From Antechinus flavipes (Eukaryota): a DNA stretch of 64,000 nucleotides. The position numbers were made by a program, and so were the translations under genes. The DNA is taken from positions 252,774,001 through 252,838,000 of the forward strand of contig NC_067403.1 in NCBI RefSeq assembly GCF_016432865.1, read 5' to 3'. The notes below the pieces were generated by a model, which was not told where the DNA came from, made no database searches, and saw only the letters and a list, made by a program, of their open reading frames with translations. This document shows, piece after piece, positions 1 to 46,559 of this stretch. How positions within the stretch are numbered: position 1 is the stretch's first letter; each line of letters opens with the position of its first letter.

Positions 1-998
1 AAGCGGTGCACGTTGAAAGCCTTCCCTCCGTTCAAGGCCCAGGTTGGGGGCTAGGCGCCTACCCACAAAGCTGCCCCTGGCTGACGGCCCCCTCCTGCGA
101 GGTCCTCAGGTAATTACCCGGTCCCTCCTACCTAAAGCACCATTACTCGCATCCAGCTTCTGCGAGGAGGGTCCCTCGGGCTCTCCCAGCCTCCCCCCCA
201 GCCCTTACCTGGACTGCTCTCAGAAGGACTCGAGGGCATCCTCCAAGCTGAGGCCAGCATGACACAGAGCAGGGACGCACTTAATGTTCCTCGAGGGCTA
301 ACTCCCAGACCCACATCCCCTTCTGGTGCTCCAAGTCCAAAAAGCAGCGCCTGCTTACGTGACTTGGCCAGGTTAAGCCAAGAGGCAAATACAGGGAGAA
401 TGCACAGAGTGGGCGGCACCGGGAGGCTGGCAAATGAGCCCGAGGAGTCGTCTCCTCGTGTCTTTTGTAGGCCTCCGGGAGCCTGGCAGGAGGGCGCAGG
501 ATCATTCTGCAGGACCAGAGAACCACAGAACTCTGGGAAAATCGGCGCCTCGGCTGCCCTCTGCACGTTCTGACCACTTGGCAAAAGGAGGAGGGAAAGA
601 AAGTTAGTGGAGTCATACATTAGGCAAAGGGAATGGAGGAGAAACGGAGGCAACCTCCAAGGCACAAGGTGCCTGCCTGGAGGAGCTAGGGGGAGGAAGG
701 CCGACCAGCCTACAGCACAGGAGGGTTGGCCAGCCAAAGCAGACCGGGCAGTGGGCTGGGCCTGGGAGATGAAAACAGAGAGAGGCAAAGGAACCCAAGT
801 TATCCAAATCCGGACCAATCTCCTGGCTGGGACACCACCCTCAGATGCTAAGAGAGGAGGGGCAGAGGTGCCCCAAATAGCGACACTGCCGTACCCAGGG
901 GTGGCAAGGAGGCGTTCGCCGCTGGGACCGGGCGGCTGAATTCCAGCCAGGCCAGGCAGAGAAGCAGAAACAATGGGCTCTTTCCTCTTGGATTCTAC

Positions 999-1004
999 TT
1001 TATT
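999..1004 (-). terminator. DDB1 polyadenylation signal AATAAA
   Basis: TTTATT on + strand about 580 nt past the DDB1 stop. Confidence 0.75.
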
Positions 1005-1583
1005 TGGTAAAACTCAGAAACCAACAACCCGTTTGCTTCCCCCACTCTCCTTGTCCCTGAAGGCAGCAGCTCCCCCAGAGAGCTCTGGGGTCTCCGTCGC
1101 CCCATGGCCTGGTGGTCACGGACTGAGCGAGGGAAGCTCTCAGAGGCAGCAGTGGGAAGGCAAAAGGGGGACCTGGCTTCAAAGACAATGAACCCCGCCC
1201 ACCCCCCACCCCCAGGAAATCCAAATACAAAGATCCTAGAGAACAGGGAATGAGGGAGACCAACGGATCTTCCCTTCAGCCACAGAGCTACGAAAGAGGA
1301 CAATTGGTCAAGACCAAGGCTTGGTGGTCCCCGGTGACAGGTGAAAACCCAGGCATGAAAGTACTGTCACCCCCAGCCCATTTCCATTATCTCTAGTGAG
1401 CTGGCGTTAGTTCCCAAAAATGCCCCACGCCCACAGAGGGCAGAGGGTGGCTCCTGGGGCTGTTGGACAGCTGGCTTGGGGAAAGGGGGTTCCCCCTCCG
1501 CTAAACAAAGAAGGGGGTGGGGGAAGACTCCAGGTGCAAAACATGGAGAGAGGTTCTAGGAAGGGGGGATCCCGGCCAGATGG

Positions 1584-28800
<27,217 letters not shown>

Positions 28801-30578
28801 CATTTTTCAAAATACATGCAAGGACAGTTCTCGGCATTTCCGACAAAACCTCGTGTCCAGATTTTCTCCCTCCTCCCCGCCCTCTGCTGGACGGCAAGGA
28901 ATCCGGCATGGGCCAAACATGGGCAGTTCTACCCATATGGCCCCGATCCTGCTGCACACCCAAAACATCCGATCAAAAGGAAATAAAGTGAGAAAAAACG
29001 AGCAAACAACCAAAAAGGTGAAAACGCGGCACCGCTGCTCGCGCAGCCCCGCGGTCACCGGGCATCCGGGGCCTCTTCCTGCGCATGCACTTTAGATGCG
29101 TTAATTAGCCCATTACATTTAAGCCGTGACCCTGACACTTGTTAAGCACCTGCTGAGTACCGGGTCAGGGCGGGACTCGGAGAAGGAGCAGAGAGAAGCC
29201 TTAGATAAGACAAACCGCCGCCTTTGGCGCTGCGGAGCCGGTGCCTTTGTTGAGGTTCCGAAGGAGACACCAAAAGACGGGGTCGCAGACCCGGCGTCTC
29301 GAGGTGTCGCAGAAGGATTTTCAGGACTGAGCTGATGTCCCCGGCGAGGGACAAAGTTCATTGTCATTGGAACGCTCAATAGGCCCCCCTGCCCGGACTT
29401 AGGAGGGTTTGCCCTTGAGGGCCCCCATAGACCCCCACCCACCCTGTAACCAGGACCAGCCTAGCAAAGAAACCGGCACGTGCCCCACCGGACAGCTGGG
29501 GAAGAAAAGCCCGATTTTAGTCCCCCAGAAACTATCATTTAAGCGTCTAACTCCGAGCATCTCTGGCTCTGCTGTCCAGCCTGGCGTTGTGCCCCCTGGC
29601 CTCTGACCCCAGCGACCCACAGTAACACTGGTAGGAACCTTCAGAAGATCAGGAAAGCGCCCTACGGTTCCCTACAGTTCAGTGGGTCACGGCCTGCCAG
29701 CCATCGGGAAGGCCGAGGGAGGTTTTGGACTTGACTCACTTCCTGGGACCACCTTTGTTCTCTGTTTTCCTAGAGAGAAAAGTCTAAAAAGGTTCTTAGA
29801 CTGGAAGAAAGGAAAGACTATTTCTTCCTCATTTCCATTGAATTAAAAGGGGGGATTCCCTAGGCTTCCATACAATGTCCGCTTCCTTCTGCCCCCGGCG
29901 CCCCCACATCTCTGCCAAGAGGAGGCTGGCGGGGCTGAAGTCCCCGTTCGTACCATCTCTTTTTTACAGCCGGGGGTTAGCCCAAAGGGGTTAAATGGCC
30001 TGTTCTGAGTCTCGCAGCCAGTAGTGACAGGAAGGACTCGAACCCAAGGCCCTGACTGCGCCGTGCACCGCTGCCGGGTCCAAGAGCAGCCTCCGGAGCC
30101 TAACAACCGGTGCTTGTTTGCTTTGTTCCCCTTGGCTGGGGGGCGGGGGGAGGGTCACTGGGCAGCACGTGCTGCCCAACCTGGGATGCCCCTTGGGCGC
30201 CTGCTCCCGCTGGCACGTGTTCCCCGGGTGGATTTTACCACTGCCCAGGGAGCGGATCTGGGCCATGTGCGGACTTTGGCCTTTCTTCCCCTTGCCTTCC
30301 CCACTCCATGGCCGAGCCACGCGCTAGAGTTTGGACTTAGACCAAGGTCCCAGGTGGGAGCGGGATCCCAGCAGGCAGAGAGCCCACGCCAGTGCCAGCA
30401 GACTTGGCCCAGCTCAGCCCCTTCACGAGCCAGCCCCCATCCGTCCGGCCCTCCAAATACTGCTCCACCTCCCATAAAGGGCCACTCTTCTGTCTCCCTA
30501 GGGCTGGAGTGGCCGAACAGCCCCTGAGCCACCCGTGGTTCCCTGAACTGACAGGAGCCTCCTGGAAACCTTGCAGCC

Positions 30579-38029
<7,451 letters not shown>

Positions 38030-38319
38030 TTCCCCCGGAACCTCTGGGTGCGGCTGCATCTCTGCCCCGACCTAGCCCCAGGGGGCTTCTCCGCCTTTTG
38101 GGGAAAGGCCTTTGCACAATCATATGTTAAATGCATAAAATAATCAGATTCCAGAGGAAGTCGGTCACCCGGCAACCTAAGGGTCAAAGTAACGCGCCCC
38201 CACATGGCTCTTTCCAACAACAAGATGATTCAGGCCCACGATCTTGTGCTGACCTACACCCAGAGAGGACTGTGGGAACACTGAGGGTGGACCACAACCT
38301 ACTGTTTTCACTTCCTTTG

Positions 38320-38565
38320 TTGTTTGCTTTTTGTTTTCTTTCTTGTTTTTCTTCTTTTTGATCCACTTTTTCTTATGCAGCAAGATTTTTAATTTTTAAA
38401 ATACACCTGTTTTTACCATGTTTAACATATATTGGATTGCCATGTAGGGGAGGGGGTGGGGAGAAGGGGGAGAGAAAATGGAATGCAAGGTTTTGCAAAG
38501 GTCAGTGTTGAAAAATTATCCTTGCTTACGTCTTGAAAATAAAATTTCAATTAAAAAATAAAGTG
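38320..38565 (+). mobile_element. L1 3'-end fragment downstream of the TKFC stop
   Basis: tttaacatatattgg...gcaaggttttgcaaaggtcagtgttgaaaaattatccttgc...ttgaaaataaaa closely resembles the L1 tail at 20850-20990. Confidence 0.75.
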
Positions 38566-39946
38566 TAAAAAAATAGAAGACTGGAAAACTGAAAAAAATA
38601 ATAATAATGACATCCCCAAATCCTGCATCCAGGCCCCAGGTTAGGAGCCACCCTTGAAGGTACCGTTCCCTTCACTCAATCACCCAGGAGGAGGCCGGCC
38701 TTCTGGGGCCAAGGGCAAGCTGGCTTCGGAGCCCTGTTCCAGGCCCGGCCAGCCCTGCTCCCCATCGGCCCTGCTCCTCCCCGCCGGCCCTGCTCCCCGC
38801 TGGCCCGTCCTCCCAGGGAGTGTGAGGGCCTGGCAGGGCCTCCCGCTGGCTGGTGCCACATCCAGACCCATCAGAGTTAACACTTGTTTAAGGATCTCTC
38901 GGAAGCCTACTTGTCAGCCCGGCAGAGCTGACCCCATCAGTCATCTGTGGCACAATGTGGCGGCTCCCTCCTCCCTCCCTCCCCTGCGTGACCCCTGGTC
39001 GCTCAAAGCCCGAGCCAGAGATGGACGCCCGGCTTGTCTGAGCCTGGACTGAGTTGGGAATCGCCAGATTTGAGCCGGGTACCCTGGGTTTCCTCGGAGC
39101 TCACGCCCAGCACGTACAAGCACGCCCATGGGCCGTCTCCGATCCAGACTCGTCTCAGATGGGCCCCCGAGCCCCACATTCTCACAGGCCAAGTCACACA
39201 CAAGCTCCGTCCTTCCATCTTGCAAGGGGAGGGGCCGGTGGCAGGAAGAGGGGCCAGCCCAGAGGCTTGTGGGGCAGGCTCAGGCACATCTCCGGTGCCA
39301 CCAGAGGAGGTGATGATGGAGAGCGCCCCAGGGGAGCCCCGTGGCCCAGCCTGGTCTCCATCGGAGCCCTCCCCAACCTCACTGGCCCCTCTGATGTGAC
39401 ACCTGTGGCCACAGAAGATGCATCATGGGGGTCTTGACCACGCTCTGGTACGCGCCCTAAGGGAGGATCTGGTGGGAGCAGCAGAAGGCAGGCTGCACGG
39501 GCACGGGCACGGCGAGGGCATGATCTGAGCCAGCCTGGAAGTCCGGGAGCCACAGACTGGCCACGTACCTGGGGAGAGCCATTTCCCCTCGGTGCCCCCA
39601 GCCGCTAAGACCGAGGGGCCGGGTAACTGCCGTCCTGTCTCGGCGGAGGAACCGCACAGACTGCCTGCCAGGCTCACCGTGTGCCCGCTGGCCGGAGCTG
39701 CCCTGGCACAGGGAGCGCCCGGCCCAGATCCCCTTCCCACACGGGCACATCTGGCTAGCCCGGGGCCGCAGCTGCCCAGGCCGTGCTGGGCTCCCCAGAT
39801 CTGAGCCGGCTGAGACCTCGCGGGCCGCCCCGGCCAAAAGGCCTCCCCAGCCCAGTGCTGGCGGGCCCAGCCAGGGAATCGGGTCAGAGGTCAGGCGTCA
39901 GCAGGCTGCAAGTCAGACTTACGGAGCAGAAAAGCAGGGAAACAGC

Positions 39947-39952
39947 TTTAAT
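39947..39952 (-). terminator. Candidate CYB561A3 polyadenylation signal ATTAAA
   Basis: TTTAAT on + strand about 1.25 kb past the stop. Confidence 0.5.
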
Positions 39953-40715
39953 GGGAAGAAGAGGTCAAAGAACACAATTAAATCCAAAAGGGGCCAACAT
40001 ACAAAGTGCTTCCCTCAGCGGGGCAGGAGGAGCCGGAACTCAGGACAGGGGGCCAGAGGCCACGCCGCCCCTGCCTTCCACACCTGCCCCCAGAGGCCAC
40101 GCCGCCCCTGCCCCTCTGCCCGCAGCGCGGGTGCTCGGCTCCAAACACAACCCTTAGCACGTTGGTTTCCCCTTTTATCCCCTTTTGAATGTGCGGAAAT
40201 CCTCGGCCTGGAAACCTGAGGGTCTTGGAGCCTTCAGAACACACCGAAAACCCTCGGCCCGGCCCCACAGCGGGCCTGCTGATGCCGACCGCTCGCCGAG
40301 CCAATCCCCGGCCGACTGCTCCCCCAGAGGCCGCGGGCTCTCGAGGGCTGGCCCGGTCACCCCCACCCGTCTTCCCTCTGGGCCCGGAGAGTCTGAGTCC
40401 TGGGCCCAGCCAGGCCCCCTTTGGGGGGGAACGAGGAGAATCCCCCCGGAAATGGAGAGGGCAGGTGAAAGCCTCGATGAGGGACCTGGCACTTTACAGG
40501 GCTGCGGGGGAAGTCCGGCCGTGGGCGGCTCTGGAAGCCGGGCAGTGGAGCCCCCGAGGAGTGTGAGAAGTCACCGAGGAAGGCTGCGGGGGCCGGGAGC
40601 GAGGCCGACTGGAGCCGAAGCTGGGGGGGCAACGGTCATGGCGCCCCCTGCTGCTCTGCAAAGGGCTGGGAGAGAGCAGAGGGCCTCCCTCCCCCCAGGA
40701 CTGTGGGCCCATGCA

Positions 40716-40995
40716 CACCCAGGCCCGGGACGGTGGGGGGGGGGAGGGGCGCCGCCGCCCAGGCCCGGGACGGTGGGGGGGAGGGGCGCTGCCGCCCAGG
40801 CCCGGGATGTTGGGGGGGAGGGGGCGCCGCCGCCCAGGCCCGGGACGGTGGGGGGGAGGGGCGCCGCCGCCCAGGCCCGGGATGTTGGGGGGGAGGGGGC
40901 GCCGCCGCCCAGGCCCGGGATGTTGGGGGGGAGGGGGCGCCGCCGCCCAGGCCCGGGACGGTGGGGGGGAGGGGCGCCGCCGCCCAGGCCCGGGA
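40716..40995. repeat. 37-40-bp GC-rich minisatellite, about 7 periods, in the presumed CYB561A3 3' UTR
   Basis: aggcccggga at 40721, 40761, 40798, 40836, 40873, 40911, 40949, 40986, with two unit variants (cggtg, tgttg). Confidence 0.95.
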
Positions 40996-41195
40996 GGTAA
41001 CAGATGGGGACAAGGCTCCGCGTGACGGAGTTGGCACAGAGACAAACGAGCAGGGACTCACGGGGAGCCCGACAAGGCCCCGAGGACGGGGGCCGTTGCT
41101 GTCCGGGAGCGGACCCCGTGGTCAGCGAGCGGGACAAGCAGGGGGCAGGGCCTGGGGAGCAGGGACAAGGCGGCTGCTCCCGGCGCCCTCGGGGC

Positions 41196-42914
41196 TCACT
41201 GCGCTTCGTGCAGCAGGGGCTGGGGAGAGAGTTGAGGGGACGGGGTCACGGGCCCGGCTCAGGCTGCAGAGGCCCAGCCCAGAGCCACGCCAGGCGTCCG
41301 GTCAGGGCCATGCCCTCCTCGTCCCCACGTGCCCCGGCCCTTACTCAGCCCGGCCGGGCTTGGAGGGAAAAGGCCTGAAAGACCTTCCTGGGCAATGGGG
41401 CCCCTGCCTTCTCTGACTTTCCCCGGACGGGCTGAGGGAGACCCTGCAGAACCAGGCCCCGCCCCCCCTCTGAGCCGGCCTCTCCCCCCCTCCCCCCCCA
41501 GGTTCGCACCTGTCTGTCCGTCAGGAGGCCCGGCTCAGGCCGCTTCCAGGACGAGACCAGGAGCACGTAGAGCACCAGCACCACGAAGGCGGCCACCAGC
41601 ATCCCGGTGAGGTTGGCAAAGCGGGCCTCCGGAGGGAGGCTGGAGTAGGGGGCAGTCACGTTCTTCCTGTGGGCGACAGGGTCTTCCTGGGGTGGCTCTC
41701 GCCGGTGCGGCCCCTCCCCCCGGAAGGCCGGGGCCCGGAGACTGGCCGGAGAAGGCCGGCCGCTCTGCTCGGCCCCTCTTCTCGACCCCCCCGAGGACAG
41801 CGGCCGGTGAGCCCGGTGCCCATGCTCGGGGAGGGGGGGCCGGAGGCACATCGCTGCCCCCCGGAGAGAAAGGCCCCCGCAGGAGACTCACAGGCTGAAG
41901 AAGAGCTTCTCGTTGATTCCGGAGAGGACCGAGGCCATGGACAGGGTCAGGATGGTGGCCCCGAAGAAGACGTGGGCGGGCTTGAGGAGGCTGCGCAGGC
42001 CCTGGGACGCCCAGGGCAGCAGGAAGACGGAGAAGCCCAGGAGCCACTGAGGAGAGACCCCGGCCCGGGAGGGCAGGGGAGGGTCAGCCGGGTGCCCCCC
42101 AGCATCTTCCCGCTCCCGGGGGGCAGCCCAGCCCCGCCCCCGGGCGCTCAGGCCCCTCCAGAACGTGCCCGTTCCCTTCTGGTCCCGCCTCTGACACAGG
42201 CCTGAGCCCCCACCCCGGCGGAGAGCCCCGGCCCTGTGGTCGGCGGGGCTTCGGGGAGCCGGGGGCACCCACCTGGCCGGCGAACAGGGTCACGGCCGCG
42301 ATCCCCAGCCAGCTGTGCAGGGAGTAGAGGTGGGCGATCTGGTTGTGCTGGTGGAAGCGGAAGACGGCCACCAGCCCCAGCACGGCCAGCGTGAAGGCCG
42401 CCAGGTGCAGCGCGGCGTGGAGCACCTTCCAGGGCAGCTTGGGGCCCACCCAGGACTGGGGCAGGCGGTACACCAGTGAGGCTGCGGGGAGACCAGGGGC
42501 CGGAGCCCGGCCAGGCTCAGGGCCTGCGCCAGCCCGGGGCGGGGGGGCCGAGGGGGACGCTGGCGGCTGCCAGGAACCAGCCCCGGGCCAAGGCTTCCCG
42601 TGAGACGGAGCCCTTGGAGCCCCCCGGCCCCTGCCCTCGCCCCCCCGCTCCTGAGCCCCCGGGGAGCCCGAGGGGCCCGCGGCCACGGCACAGACGGGCT
42701 TTGCCCTCCCCGGGCCCCGTCCCTACTCACCCGCCCCATAGACCACCACCATGCCGGCCACCATCAGGACCGGGTGCCAGTTGAACATGCGGCTGCTGTT
42801 GTCCCAGGCGAGGCCGCCGCGCCAGTGCTGCACCCAGTAGATCACGAAGAGCAGGCAGAGGGAGCCCAGGGTGCCCAGGGCCAGGGAGGAGACATAGAAG
42901 TGGCCCCTGGCCAT
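41196..42914 (-). CDS. CYB561A3: Lysosomal cytochrome b561 ascorbate-dependent ferric reductase, 242 aa
   Basis: Exons 42914-42731, 42481-42273, 42046-41892, 41666-41510, 41219-41196 sum to 729 nt. Cyt b561 motifs FNWHPVLM, LYSLHSW and HVFFG are present; the C-terminus is TDRQPLLHEAQ* with a dileucine-like motif. Confidence 0.97.
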
Positions 42915-45900
42915 CGCGCTCCTGGGGAAGGCAGAGCCGTCACTCCCTCCTCGGCAGGGCCCCCTTGTGGGTGGGTGAGTCAGGTGGGGAGGAGGCGCCC
43001 GGTGCCCAGCAGTGCCCGCAGCCGAGCGCACAGAGGCTTTGCCGGGCGAGGGAACGCGAGGTTCAGGGCCGGGGGGGCGCCGGGGGCACACGTCACAGCC
43101 CCGGAGGCCGCCCTCGGCCGCCCACCTGCCGCCCCGACTTCTGCTTTCTCAGCCTCGAGGGGAACTCCGCAGGAACAGAGAGGCCGGCCTGCGGCCCACC
43201 GGGCCTATTTTGGGATCTGCCCACGGGGCTGCTCGGAAGGGACCTCGGGGGGAAGGCCAGCTGGGCTGGGGCACGGGGCAGGGCAGAGGGCCCCGCCTTT
43301 ATCTTCAGCCAGGATGGGGCCGACGTGCCCTCGGGCACCGCGCGGCCTGTGCCAGGCTGGCACCTTGGCCACCGAGGGTCCCAGGCCCAAAGTGGATCAG
43401 GCTGCCAAAGGGCAGAGCGAGACCAACCCAAACCCGGGGGAGGCCCCGAGTCCTTTCTGGGGCGCTGGGGACATTGACAAAGCCCCTGCTGTGCCAGGCC
43501 CTGTGCCAAGTGCTTTCCAGGAGTCTCTCGTCAGATCTTCGCAGGCCTGGGAGGCAGGTGCCCGGGGCCCCCGTGAGGGGCCCAGCTAGGAAGGGTCTGA
43601 GGCCACATGTGGGCCCTCTGGTGCCCCGGTGGGCGGGGTGAGGGCATGCGGGCACAGGAGGCAGCCAGTGGGCCAGGCTGGCGGGGAGGGCACACGGGGT
43701 GCCCAGAGAAGTGGAGGCGGACGGTCAAAGTTCCCAATGCCAGGCTGCCTATTTGCCCAAAGGCAGGAGGGAGTCCCGGGAGATGGCAGGGCCTGACCAA
43801 GCACCGGAGGGTGGCCGGGGAAAGCGGAAGCAGGGGGGTCGATGGGGAGGCAACGGGGGCCTCTGGAGGCCTCGGCTCCTCTGCTCCCCCCTCGCAGGCA
43901 GGCTCCAGGTCCTGACTGCTCCGAACACGGCCTGAGCTCGCAGGAAGGAGCTCCCGGGGCTCGCCCGCCTCTCCCTTGGGGCCCCGCCAGCTCCCACAAA
44001 CCCGCAGCTGGGGCAGGGGAGCCGAGGAGCGGGCACTGAGCCAGCGAGTCCAGGGTGGGCTCCAGAGGTCAGCCAAGGGCCCCCAAGAGCCTGGCACAAG
44101 ATCACGCCCCGGATTCTGGCAGCAAGGCCGTTTTCCCATCAGGCTCGGGGGCTTGTGGCCCCTCGGCTGGACCATCCCATGGGCTAAGGCACACGAGGGG
44201 TCACTCCCCGCCCCAGCAGTCCCAGCTACGGAAACCGAGGCTACGCAACCTCTGCCATCTGCTCTGCCCCCCACGGGGGCCTCTGGATGTGACCGGAAAC
44301 ACCCCGAGCCTCCCTGCCCGGGGGGAGGCCACGGCGGCCCCTGTGAGTCCCCTCACCTACGAGATGTCCCGGGCTGGCGTCTGCACGTCGCCCCCCGGCT
44401 CCCGCCTGCCCTGCCCTCCCAAGGCTGCCAGAAGCGGGGCCTCCCCGAGGGCTCCACAAGGCCCTGGGGGCTGCTCAGCCGGGCCCCCCCAGCCCGGGCT
44501 CTCTGAGGGCAGGGACCGTCTCCCTTGGGCGCCGCAGCCTCGGGCCCAGCGCGGAGCCTGACACCAGGAGCCGGGCATCCTCCTGCCGCCTGTCCGGGAG
44601 CAACAACCTCGGCTCCCGGGAAGGGCCGCGGCCCCCACCGCCCAGCGCCCCGCCAGGGGCTCCCCGCTCGCCTCCCCTGCGGTGGACACCCGGGCGGGGA
44701 CCCCGACCCCAGGAGGAAGCGGGAGAGCACGGCCCGATCCTGACTCGGGACAGGGTGCACCGCGGAGTTCACAAGGCCCTCGCCCTGCGGCGGAAGCTGG
44801 GCCTGGGTGGCTGCCAGAGCAGGAAACAAGGGCCGCCCGTTCCCCTTTTCTTAAAAAGCCAGACGGCCAGAGCCCGGAGGCCGAGCCGGCCAGGCCGCGA
44901 GCTTCTCCTCGGCGCTGACGGGATCCTGGGGCATGGGGGGGCAAGAGGCGGCGGCTCAGAGAGCAGGCCGCGGCCAAAGCAGCACCGGGCGCCCCCGCCC
45001 CCCATTCCTTGGCTGGTAGCTAAGTAGAGGCGGCTCCCAGCGCCCGCGGGGAGAGGCCCGGCCCATCCCACCGCCCGCTTTGGGGAAGGACAGAGGGATT
45101 CTGGGAGAGTCCGTGGGGGAAAGCGCGATGGGGGGCAGCTGGGGGAGCCGGCCTGTGGCCCCCAAGTGGGGCAAGAAGGGAGCGCGAGGCGGCAGAGAGA
45201 GGATCGCGGAGGAAGAAAACCTTCCCGGAGCGCTGGCTCTCCAAGCCGAGGGGGGCGGGGGCGGGCGGCGGCAGGGGCTCCTTCTAACCGGGCAAGGCGG
45301 AGGCTCTCGGCCGGGACATTAAGCGGCCGGCACACGGCGGGCACTGCACCAGGCGGGGGGATCCAAAAAGCGGCGAAAGCGCGCTCCTGCCCTCAGAGAG
45401 CTCACGCTCTAATGCGGAGACACGGGAAACCGACGGGGACGAGTGATCTAGGAAATGGCCGCGAAAGGCTGTGTGGGAGCGGGGACTCTGGGGGGCAGAG
45501 GCGGGGATCAGAGAGCCCGCGGCAAGGACGGGAAAGGCCGGAAGAAGGGCTCTGAAGGCCAAGCAGAGCTGTGGTTGGTTCCTGGGGGACAGGAGCCACT
45601 GAAGCTTCTCCGCTAGCGGTCAGGGTGGTACTTTAGAGAAGCCCTTGGGTGGGGGGAGGATGGACTGGGGTGGGAGCGGCTGAGGCAGGCAGACCCTCCC
45701 CCCGCCCCTACTCAGGGCTGCAGTAGGGGGCGACTGTGTCAGAGAGAAGGGGAAGAGGCGGCACAAGTGCCACCAGCAGGCGTGGGCCGGGGCTGGACAG
45801 AGAGGAAGAGGGAGGGAGGGGTCCTAGGGTGGGTGTTCTAACGGAGCTCCGGCACCCCCACCGCAGGTAGCGGAGCCCTTGAGGATGTTCAGCGGGGGTT

Positions 45901-46559
45901 TCCTTGCAGAATTGGACGTTCCCTTCTCGAGTCCGTTTGATGGATGAGGAAACTGAGGCACACAGCTCACAGCGTTTTGTGCCCCCTGGCGGTCCCACAT
46001 GGAATGACACTGCCCACAAAGCAGACAGGCTTACCCCCACCTCCCCCCAAGGGGAGAAGAAAGTGTCCAAGTCTCGGGGCTGCCCCAACTCCGGGCCAGG
46101 AGACCTTGGGGGAGCGGGCAAGGAGCGCACACTGCTCTGGGTGGGGAGATGAGCCCCCTAGACGGGGGGGGGGGGGGGGGGCCGAAGAAGGAGGTCCCCC
46201 CCGCCCCGCACCCCACGTGATGGGGCATTTCCTTGAATTCCACCTCCTTCCAAAGTAAGAGCATTAACCACGCCCAGGCCCAGCTCGATCCCGGCCTGGC
46301 CACCCACGTGTCCGGACTAATCACTTCATTCACTTCATTCAACCTTTTGGCCTCGAATTTTTTTATCTGCTGAATGGATCTATTTGGTTGCTGAAGGGAG
46401 ATAGGCTGAGCGGTCTCTCCCAGCTTTCCTGTTTCCCCACCTAGAGGCTCTCGGGCCTCTAAGATTCCTACTGCTCCTAACTCCTGTCACCTGATTAGGT
46501 CGATGGCCCCGGGCCCACGAGAGCCCCAAGCAGGGCAGCCCCCTCCCCAACCCACTACC

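Noticed and set aside
1-960. Possible start of the neighbouring gene VWCE, and the 228-aa minus-strand ORF 132-818
   Set aside because: No signal-peptide exon or recognisable coding sequence is visible. The gene, if syntenic, starts outside the window.
41186-41206. CAGUGA at the CYB561A3 stop as an iron-responsive element loop
   Set aside because: The flanking bases cannot form the required 5-bp upper stem.
43000-46100. Candidate 5' UTR exons of CYB561A3 (minus-strand donors near 44356 and 46034)
   Set aside because: Donor-like motifs exist, but I could not pair them with convincing acceptors. Needs transcript data.
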